Source: Verrucomicrobiia bacterium (GTDB lineage: Bacteria; Verrucomicrobiota; Verrucomicrobiia; Palsa-1439). Taken from it: a DNA stretch of 64,000 nt. The notes below the pieces were generated by a model, which saw only the letters and a list, made by a program, of their open reading frames with translations, was not told the origin of the DNA and did not search any database. A program made the translations under genes and the position numbers. Where the stretch lies: NCBI GenBank assembly GCA_041495285.1, contig JBGQCJ010000007.1, positions 534 through 64,533 of the forward strand, in the 5' to 3' direction. Below are positions 1 to 9,100 of the stretch, in pieces; the first letter of the stretch is position 1, and each line of letters starts with the position of its first letter.

Positions 1-1764
1 CCATTCGCCCGAGAGTTGAAGCCGTCCTTCACGACATCGGATTGGGCGAAGCACGTCGTGTGGTATCAGATTTTTCCCGAACGATTTCGCAACGGCTCGA
101 CGCAGAACGATCCGCCGCACACCGTACCGTGGCGCTGGGATTGGTACAAGCCGACGGCGTGGGAACGGATGGTCGAAGGCAAGCCGTTCTCGAACGACTG
201 GTATGGCCGCCGGTTCGGCGGCGATTTTCAGGGCGTGATTGAGAAGCTGTCCTACTTCCACGAGATCGGCGTGACCGCGTTGTACTTCTGTCCCGTATTC
301 GAGTCGAATTCGAATCACGGTTACGACACGGTGGATTACCGGCACATCTCGCAGTATTTCGGAACGAAGGGCGACAATGAAAAGGTCATCAAGCGCGAGA
401 CTCTCGACCCGGCCACGTGGGAATGGACGCCATCGGACAAACTGTTCCTCGAATTCGTCAAGAAGGCCCACGCACAGGGGTTGAAGGTTATCGTGGACGG
501 CGTGTTCAATCACATGGGCCGGGGGAACTTTGCGCTCAACGACCTGCTCACCCACGGCCGGAAGTCGGCCTATGCCGATTGGTTTGATGTGAACGATTGG
601 GGTCCGCCCGTGAAGTACAAATCATGGGACGGCGGTGGCGCGATGCCGAACTTTCGTAAAGATGGCGCGAAAGGTTACGCGTCCGATTCGGCCAAGAAAT
701 ATATCTTCGACATCACGAAACGCTGGATGGACCCCAACGGCGACGGCGACTCGTCCGATGGCGTGGACGGTTGGCGGCTCGACGTGGCCGAGGACGTGCC
801 GCGCCCGTTCTGGCAGGATTGGCGCAAGCATGTGAAAGGCATCAACTCCAACGCCTACATCAGCGGGGAAGTTTGGGGGCCGGCCCCCTCGCATCTGCAA
901 GGCGACGAGTGGGACGCAGTGATGAACTATCAATTCGCTATGCGCGCCATCCGGTATTTCATTGACCAGAAACGCAAGATTTCCACAACCGAGTTCGACC
1001 GGCAACTCAAGGAACTGCTCGGCATGTACTCGATGCAGGTCAACTTCGTCATGCAGAATCTTTACGACTCGCACGACACCGACCGGCTCGCCAACATGAT
1101 CATCAATCCCGACCGCGACTACGACGGCTGCAATCGCCCGCAGGATGGTTGTCCATACAACGGCGCAAAGCCCGGCAACCAAGCCTACCGGGTGTTGAAG
1201 CTGATGGCCACGTTCCAGATGACCTTTCTCGGCGCGCCGATGATTTGGTACGGCGACGAAACCGGTATGTTCGGTGCCGACGATCCGACCGACCGCAAAC
1301 CGATGTTGTGGAAAGACCTCGAACCGTACGACAATGCCCAAGATCGCGTGATGCCCGACGTGCTCGACCACTACCGGCGCGTCATCGCCATCCGCAACAC
1401 GTACCGGGCGCTGCGAACCGGTCTGCTGCAAACCGTGCTCATGGATGATGCGAATAACCTCTACGGATTCACCCGCAGCCGCGGCGAAGAGATTGTCACG
1501 GTCGTTCTCAACAACGGCGCGAACGACCAAGTGGCCGTCGTGCCGTCACCGTACCCGAACGACACGCGAGTCGTGGACATCCTGACCGCTTCCGGGGAGT
1601 ACTACGACGCGCCAATGTCGAGTCTCGGCTTCCCGGCGTTTGCCAAGGACGCCAAAGTTCGCGCCTTCCGCGCCGCCGCCAACGCCCCCGCCTTCACCGT
1701 CCGCGACGGCAAGATTAGCGTGACCGTCCCGAAGAAGTCAGCAGTGGTTCTCGTGAGGCAATGA
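1..1764 (+). CDS. GH13-family alpha-glucan hydrolase (cyclomaltodextrinase/neopullulanase-like); probably N-terminally truncated by the window edge, no signal peptide, so likely intracellular
   Basis: ORF 16..1764 has an alternative TTG start and the frame is open back to nt 1. The WYQIFPERF motif sits at residues 16-24, whereas family members usually carry an ~120-aa N-domain before it. GH13 regions are readable: GVTALYFCPVFES, GWRLDVAEDV (catalytic Asp region), NHD-type motifs. The C-terminal beta-domain is present. Confidence 0.8.
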   Translation, partial: PFARELKPSFTTSDWAKHVVWYQIFPERFRNGSTQNDPPHTVPWRWDWYKPTAWERMVEGKPFSNDWYGRRFGGDFQGVIEKLSYFHEIGVTALYFCPVFESNSNHGYDTVDYRHISQYFGTKGDNEKVIKRETLDPATWEWTPSDKLFLEFVKKAHAQGLKVIVDGVFNHMGRGNFALNDLLTHGRKSAYADWFDVNDWGPPVKYKSWDGGGAMPNFRKDGAKGYASDSAKKYIFDITKRWMDPNGDGDSSDGVDGWRLDVAEDVPRPFWQDWRKHVKGINSNAYISGEVWGPAPSHLQGDEWDAVMNYQFAMRAIRYFIDQKRKISTTEFDRQLKELLGMYSMQVNFVMQNLYDSHDTDRLANMIINPDRDYDGCNRPQDGCPYNGAKPGNQAYRVLKLMATFQMTFLGAPMIWYGDETGMFGADDPTDRKPMLWKDLEPYDNAQDRVMPDVLDHYRRVIAIRNTYRALRTGLLQTVLMDDANNLYGFTRSRGEEIVTVVLNNGANDQVAVVPSPYPNDTRVVDILTASGEYYDAPMSSLGFPAFAKDAKVRAFRAAANAPAFTVRDGKISVTVPKKSAVVLVRQ

Positions 1765-1877
1765 CGTTCAAGTGAGCGACCGCCATAGACGGCGACGGTG
1801 GTGCCGCAAGGGGCGCATCCGAGCCCGCACCCCGCGTTGAGAGGAAGCGGTAGCGGCGGTTCGCCCGACTGATCCGG

Positions 1878-2392
1878 TCAGGCGGCAGGTGCATCTCGTT
1901 CATTATCAAGTTTACAAAGGCGTTCGTACTCTTCGCGTGCTTCTGCAGCAATCTTAACGCGTCTGGTGGCGTGGAATGCCATGAAGCACACCAGTACGCC
2001 AATAACTAGCCAACAGAAGAATACTATCCTACGGACGAAATCGATGCCCAAAGGGTTTGAACTGGATTGCTGATCTAACTTACCCATGGTATCTGCCGCA
2101 ACGGGGAAACAAATGAAGATTATGAGCATCCCGATAAAGCACAAAATTCTGATCGTGCAACGTATCAACTCCGCGAGCAGGAGATCTGGATGCTTGGCGA
2201 GGAGGTGTATACGCGTTTGCTCAGCAGCCAGTCGCCTGTCACGACGCACCCGGAAAGTAGTTGAAGTTAGGGCGGCTAGAGAGGAGATACCATCTCGCAA
2301 ATACGCCGCGAGCAAGCTAGCGAGTATGCCAATGAAAACCGCAGTGAACCACCAGCCGGGATCCTTGAACAATCTGATAATCGATTCCATTT
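1878..2392 (-). CDS. small integral membrane protein (about 171 aa, 3-4 predicted TM segments, charged coiled C-terminus) in a conspicuously AT-rich islet
   Basis: ATG at 2392 (MESIIRLFKDPGWWFTAVFIGILASLLAAYL...) lies inside the 229-aa ORF 1878..2567. Hydrophobic stretches FTAVFIGILASLLAAYL, ILCFIGMLIIFICFPVA and IVFFCWLVIGVLVCFMAF are followed by a charged tail RRVKIAAEAREEYERLCKLDNERD. Local GC is far below the window average. The upstream part of the long ORF overlaps the GNAT gene and is rejected. Confidence 0.35.
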
Positions 2393-2406
2393 GAGCGAGG
2401 CGACAC

Positions 2407-3024
2407 CTAACCCGAGCCGGCGTACTCTTCGTCGGTGATGAGGTCGCGGCCCATGAGGACGTAATCGTGGGAGATGGCCTGCATATCTTTGACGTAATCC
2501 GGCACAACCAGGATTTCGTGAAAGCCGAGTTCGGCAAACACGCGGCGGGCGCGGACTTGGTTGCCAAGGAATTCGGCTTCGAGTTTTTCGAGTCCGATGT
2601 CGCGAGCGATGTGGATCAATTCGTTGACCATCACTTTGGCGAGTCCTTTGCCGCGGGACTCAGGAAGGACGACGACGCTGATGCGACCGATGTGACGTTT
2701 CCAGCCGCCGAGCGTTTGGTGGAGCGACGCGTCGGCGACGATTTGCCGCCCTGACCCCTCGGCGTCTCGCGGACTCGGCTTGTCGCCGGACAGCGCGAGG
2801 AGGGGAAGGATTCTTCCGTAATCAATGTGCTGGCACCATTCGCGGATGACCTCGATTTCGGTGACGCGGTGCTTGAACAGAATGCGTTCGTTCGCCGGCA
2901 CGGCGACGAAGAATTGGTGAAACTGTTTCTCGTCGGTGGATTCCAGCGGCCGCAGCGTGGCCGACGAGTGGTCCTTGAGCGTGATGTTCTTCGGATAGTG
3001 TTCGAGAATATCATCCAGTTGCAT
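2407..3024 (-). CDS. GNAT family N-acetyltransferase
   Basis: Start moved to the ATG at 3024 (MQLDDILEHYPK...), which is preceded by GAGGTGG. The acetyl-CoA binding motif region (VVVLPESRGKGLAKVMVNELIHIARDIG) and the overall GNAT fold pattern are readable. The upstream extension to 3114 would run through a 25-bp hairpin arm. Confidence 0.75.
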   Translation of the reverse strand: MQLDDILEHYPKNITLKDHSSATLRPLESTDEKQFHQFFVAVPANERILFKHRVTEIEVIREWCQHIDYGRILPLLALSGDKPSPRDAEGSGRQIVADASLHQTLGGWKRHIGRISVVVLPESRGKGLAKVMVNELIHIARDIGLEKLEAEFLGNQVRARRVFAELGFHEILVVPDYVKDMQAISHDYVLMGRDLITDEEYAGSG

Positions 3025-3079
3025 TCGCCACCTCGCGCGCAGAGCGTAGCGAGGAGACAGTGTGATTGCAAGGGCGATG

Positions 3080-3156
3080 TTGTAGCCGCGAGCCTGCTCG
3101 CGGCAGAATGACAATGCCCCGTGAACAACGGGCCGCGAGCAGGCTCGCGGCTACAA
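3080..3156. repeat. perfect 25-bp inverted repeat (TTGTAGCCGCGAGCCTGCTCGCGGC / GCCGCGAGCAGGCTCGCGGCTACAA) with a 27-nt loop; GC-rich stem-loop between the stop of the giant GH gene and the GNAT gene
   Basis: Arms at 3080-3104 and 3132-3156 are exact reverse complements. No U-tract follows on either strand, so it is not a canonical intrinsic terminator. It resembles REP-type palindromes; compare the elements at 23054 and 48341, which also end in CTACAA. Confidence 0.8.
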
Positions 3157-3199
3157 TCGTCCCCAGCGTGATGGCGGTAACAAGATGCACCCGCCCGAA

Positions 3200-6100
3200 T
3201 TATGGCAGGACTTTTACTTTGTAATACTTGCGCGTGCCGGCAACCGATGAATCAGTATAACTGGTCGTGGCTCCAGCGGACGGGATGGGGCTGCCGTTGA
3301 GGGGCGTTGCTCCGAAGCCTGCTGCCAGGTCGGTGGTTGCGTATACGTTGTAGCTCTTGCCGGCTGCGCTCGTCCACGTGATCAGGTAACCGCCGCCGCT
3401 TGGCGCGATGCTGATGATGTGAAAATACGACGAGCTGTCTTTCGGATGCGTGCCGGCAATATATTCCTGCATGTTGGTCATGCCGTCGCCGTCGGGATCG
3501 CCGTTGGCGCCGTTGGCACCGGTCGGGTCATTGGGGTTGAGGCCGTGATCAATTTCCCACTGGTTGGGCAGACCATCGCCATCGTCATCGCCGTTCGGAT
3601 CGTAGGACCGCACGGCGCTCAACTCCAGAGCCAGGCTGAAGACTTGGCTTGTGCCCTGCAATTCAATCTGCTGTGTCTGCGCTTGATTGCGCATGTTGAT
3701 GGCGAAGATGTTGCCGCTGCCGTCGTCGGTGGCGCCAGCGTTGTAGTTGACGTTGCTGTGGCCGGCATCGGAATACCCAATTGATGCAGTTGCCACGGCA
3801 AGGGAGTTGGAATTGATGACCGTCACCTTGCCGCCGGCGGTTGCCGGGCCTTGCAGGCTGGTTTGGCCGAAGAAGAGCAGATTAAGCAGGTCAGGTGACA
3901 AGCCGTGCCGGACTTTCAACTGTTGCACCGGACTGGCGAGGGTGTAACCGGCTTCGAGCTTTGTCGAGTCCGTGCCGAGCGTGATGGTCTTGACGATCTT
4001 GCCATCGGAGCTGGTGAACTGCCAGCCGGTGCCGGTCGGCGCCGGCGACGCGGTGTAGAGGTCGTTGACGTACTGCGTGGTGCCGAAACCCGACGGCGTG
4101 TTGGTGACGGCGAACCAATCTTTGAACGCCGATGTCCGGTAGGCAACCACGGTGCTGCCGCTGAAGCTTACGTCGCCTTCGCGCTCGTCCTCGAACTCCG
4201 GCGTGCTGACGAGGTTGCCGACAATTTGATAGGCGTTGCTCGTCACGGTGTCGCGCGCGAACGCGGCGATCAACCGGCCGCCGATGCGTTCGAAGACGGC
4301 GTAGATGCGGTTGTTGGACAAGATGTACTCATTCTCGCCGTCGTGATCCACGTCTTGCGTGCCGTCGGCAACGGGCGAGGTAGACGGATTCGATGCCGCC
4401 CACGCGGCGGCGTGCGCGACGATGCTCGCCTGCCGGGTGGCGCGAGCCGCCGGCTTGAGGGCGAACTGAGCCAAGGAATCGAAAGACGCATCCGGTGACT
4501 TGTACTGGCCGGTGGAGAAGCGGTCGTAACCGCCATTGTCCTCGTTGTGGAACGCGGTCTCGAAGATGCCGTTGAGGTACACGAGCTTCGCGAGATTGCT
4601 GAGCGTACCGGACGCAGCTTGCACGTTCGCCCACGCGGACGCAAGGATGGTGCCGTTGGTCAATACGTGGCCGAGTTTCCAGGTCGCGTTGGTGACGTTG
4701 GGACGCAGGATCGGGAACTTGTTGAAGAAACTCTCCTCTTGCGCGCTGCCGTAATACCAATTGTCGTAGTTGGTCTCGCTGGCGTGCCGGACAAAGTCCT
4801 TGGATTGCATGTTGAAGTTGGCGGAGCCGCGATCAATCACGGTCGGGATATCGCCGCCCGGGCCGTTGATGGTGCCGTCATTGTTGATGTCCACCTGGCC
4901 GGCGGCAAATTTGTCGAGTGTGACGACCTTGATCCACGGATGGTTGGCGATCCAGCGCAGATTCAGATTGAACGTGTCCGGGTTACGCTTCGTGCCGTCC
5001 ACGCCACCGGCGGTCTCCCAGTTGTCGCCGAGAACGACGATTTGATCCCGGTTGCCGCTGAGCGCTTTGCGGATGAGCAGTTCACGCAGTGCGATGCTCG
5101 CGCCGAGGTCATTATTCAGGTACATCTGGTCGGACGCGCCGCTGATGAGGAACGCGCGCATATTGTTGAACTTGTTGATCCGGTAGCCGTCGTCGCTGAG
5201 CGCGGCACCGCGACCGTTGAACGTGCCGTAGAGTTGCTCGCCCCACCACCACAGATGCACCATCTGATCGAGGATGGTGAAGTTGTGTCCGCTGTTGGCG
5301 GCCAAATCGCTCAACGTCTTGCCGTCGGCGACGCGCTCGGCCAGATAGACCGGCGAGTTGGCGTTGACGGAGTTGTTGCCGTACACGGTGCGCATGATGT
5401 CGTCCTGCAACTGGATGCCGGCGCGGTTCACGGAGCCGGTAAAGCACGGCGCGACGTGATCGGCAAACATGCCGGATACGAGCGCGACCTGACCAGAGGC
5501 GACCATCGAAGCGATGCGTTGGTTGAACTTCGGTCCATCGCGCGATCCGGTGGGGTCGAGGGACGGATCACTCTTCGCCCACTGCAACGCCGAGATGAGC
5601 GAGCCGCTCAAGTGCAGGTTCAGCGACAGCTTGAAAACCTGAGCCGATTCGAGAGCGCGATAGTAGCCGGTCGGATTGTCGCCGGGGTCGAGCGAGCCGA
5701 CGATGTTGGTCGGCGTGCGTGATACCGCGTTGGAAACGAGGCCTTGGATGATGCTGGCCGGCAGAATGGATTGGTTGCCGTGCAACAGAACCGCCAGTTT
5801 GACGACGTTGGGCCGGTTGGTCACGCTGACGATGTTGTTGTTCGCGTTGTAGGCGCTCAGATTGATCGGGTTCTGATTGACCGTCGTGAACCAGTAGTGG
5901 AGCGTGTCGTTGGGCGGTGTCGGCGTGTCGCTTTCGGGAATGTCGTCATCGTAAATCGTGTCGGTAAAGTCGGAGCCGGACTTCGGCGTATCGCCGGCGC
6001 CGGGGCCGCCGCTGACGCAACTGTTGCAGGTGCCGTCGCGCGTCGTGGCCACTTGGAAATACAACGGCGACGAACCGTTCCAGCCAGCATCCGTGAGAGC

Positions 6101-9100
6101 TTTGCGGCTGATGGCAATCTCGCACGCATCAAGGTCGGAGCGGTAGTAACTGCCGAGGAACCCGCAATCGCCCGTGGTGCATCCCGGTGTATAGCCGCGA
6201 GTTTGGTAGGCGTCCAGCGTGGTGTCAACGCTCTGCCGCTTCACGTAGACGTGACCATTGTTTGCATCGTAAGCGGCCACGACCACCTTCCAGCCCATCT
6301 CGGTTTTTGTGTCCACTTCGTCGGGAATCGTGATGTTGGCGGTGGCCGGGTCGCCGGGAATGCCGAAGCTGATGATCACATAGATGTCCAGATGACCTTG
6401 TTCGGCTTGATATTGCAGGTCGTGGAAATCAACGCGGAAGTAATACTTGCCGTCCGCTCCTCCATCGCGCGCGTAGAACGCGAGGATGTCGCGCGACCAG
6501 TCGTAGCCGTCGTTCCACGGATACACGTCACGGCCGCGCTTGAGCGAGCCGGCACCGTCGTACTCATCGAGCGCCTTCAGGTCGTCCACCGTCCAATCCT
6601 GAAACTCCTCGTTCCACGTGACGCCGCCGGTCGTGCCGATGACGGGGCCGGCGCCGATGTTGATCGAGTTGGCTACTGGTGGCGGTATATCGTCGCGTAC
6701 TTGTGGGTCGGTGCGATTGTTGAACTCCTGCAAGTTGGTGAAACCGTCGCCATCGGGGTCGCCGTTCGCGCCGTTGGTGGTGTTGGTGATGATGGCGCCG
6801 GTGTGCATGTTGGTGTGGCCGATGATGCCGTCGTCCCATGGGTCGAGACCGTGTGCGGCCTCCCAGCCGTCGGGCAGGCCGTCGCCATCGGTGTCGGGAT
6901 TCAGCGGATCAGTCTCCAGCCAGACGGCGTTCGGGTATTGCGTCCGAAGCGCATCGCGATCGATGGCGCGCGATTTCATGCCGGTAAAGTTGATCGTTGG
7001 CGGGTTGGCGACATAGCCGGTAATGACGCCGCTGCCGTTAATCAGCCCGATGTCCACGCGCCCGTTGTGGTTGGCGTCCTCCGCTCCATCCAGCGCTCCG
7101 TCGCCATCGGTGTCGTTATTGCTTGGATCGGTTTCCAGCCACACGGCGTTGGGGAACTGCGAGATGATGGTGGTTCGATCATAGCGGGAACTGCCTTTGA
7201 CCGTCGGCGGGTGCGCGATGACATTGGTGACGACGCCGGCCGCGTTGGTCAGGCCAACGTCCATGCGTCCGTTGCGGTTGGCGTCTTCGATGCCGTCCAT
7301 CAGACCGTCAAAGTCTGTGTCGGGACTGTTCGGGTCGGTCACTGTGCCGGCGACAAGGTCGGTGCGCGGCGCGTTCTCGTCGTAGTTCCAGTAGCTGTAA
7401 CCCGGAGGCGGGTTACTGTTTGAGAATTGGCCGTTGTCGGGCTTGGTGTTGTAGCGCGGCGGGTCGGCATCGGCGATGAAGTTCTTGTACCCATCACCAT
7501 TCGTGTCGGCGTTGAGATCCGTGTTCGTGGCGATGCTGCCTTCCAGTCCGAGTTCCAGCGCGTCTGGCAGGCCATCGTTGTCGCTGTCGGGATTGGTCGG
7601 GTCAGTCTTGCCCGTGAAGAAGTAAGCGTGGACTTGTCCATTGCTCCACGACTGGGCTTCGGTGCCCGGCAGCGGGGTCTGCGTCGTCTCGGCGGAATCA
7701 CTCAAGCCGTCGTTATCGTCATCGTCGCTGTTCGGGTCGGTCGGCACGGTCTGATTGAAGACCACGTTGACGATGCGGAACGCCGTGTTCGAGCCGCCGC
7801 CGAGCGCGTCGGCGCGAATCGTGAACGTTCCTTGGAAGAGATTCGTCCAGGGGAAATTCCAACGCTTTGTGGTGCCAACAAAGGTTGTGTCGTTCGACGC
7901 GACGCCACCGGCGAAGGCGTTGGTGGTGATGTTGAAGCTGATGAGCACGTTGGTGACACTGGTGCTGGTCTCGGTGACGATGGTGTAGCTGCGCTCGGCC
8001 GGCACAGCATTGGTTTTGTCGGGCAACGTGATCGTGTACGGCGAGCGGCCCTGTGCGTCGGCGTTGGGCGGCTGGATAATGTCCACCGAGATGCCGGTCA
8101 GCGTGACGTTGACGTCGCTCGAGTCCTGCAGGTGCGTGTTTGAGCCGGTGTCGTCGTAGAAGAGCTCGATGTGATGCGGACCGGCGCTCATGCCGCCCCA
8201 GTCATAGCGCAACGCATGGGTGCCGCTACCGCAGGCCGCATCGTTGATGTAATAGAGCGGCGTGCCGTCAGGTTTGCGGCGAGCTTGCACCGACCCGTCA
8301 ATCTTGATGGTGAACTTGTCGATATTGCTATCCAGTGAGCCGTCGAAGCAGGTGACGATGGTGTAAGTGGAGTTCTGATCGAGCGAGATGTTGCGCCGGT
8401 CGTTGTTGAAGCAGTCAAGGTCAGGGCACCGCACCTCGAACACCAGCGCGGGCGCCGAACAATCTATCGTGCGCGTGATTTCTTTGACGCGATTGGTGAA
8501 GGCAGCGCTTGTCAGACCCTTGAGTCTAATTTTGATGGTCGCACTGCCGGTGCTGGGGATTCCGAGATAGCTGAACCGGTATTCGCGCGGGAAATTCGGG
8601 TACAGACCGCTGAGCGAGGGCAGGGGCGATACCTCCGTCGCCTTGGCGAAGGCCGGCAAGCCGTTGGTCAGACCATTGCCGAAGGCAGGATTATCGTTGC
8701 CGGCTTCGCCATCAATGATGTTGTACTCGACCTCCGTGACGTTCGGGTCGGCGCGCACGACGATGCCGTAGGATTTGCTGAAGAACGCGGTTTCGCCCGC
8801 TGCGGGGAAGGCGATGGCACCGTCCGGCAACGACGGGTCGTAGTAGAACGTCTGCAGGAACGTGTTGAAGACGCTGGACTTGCCGTCGCGCGGCAGAAAC
8901 GCGCGCGCCCGCACGATGTGGAAGCCGGGTTCGAGTCCGACCGTTGTCGAGTTGGTGTTCAGGTCGTCATGCAACCAGACTCGCACAGATTGCGGATTGA
9001 AATTGGTGATCGCCGCCTGCCGGAGCGCGTAATATTTCGATTGATCGGAGTTGGAAATCGTGGACGCGCCGCGTTTGAAGAGCGCGATTTTGTATTTAAC

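Noticed and set aside
4547-7423. Long plus-strand ORFs (4547..5722, 5744..7423) and further ones (8918..10123, 10418..11785) inside the 2918-aa minus-strand gene
   Set aside because: They are antisense shadow ORFs typical of high-GC DNA. The products are Arg/Ala/Gly/Val-rich with no domains, and they lie fully within a gene that has strong domain evidence on the other strand.
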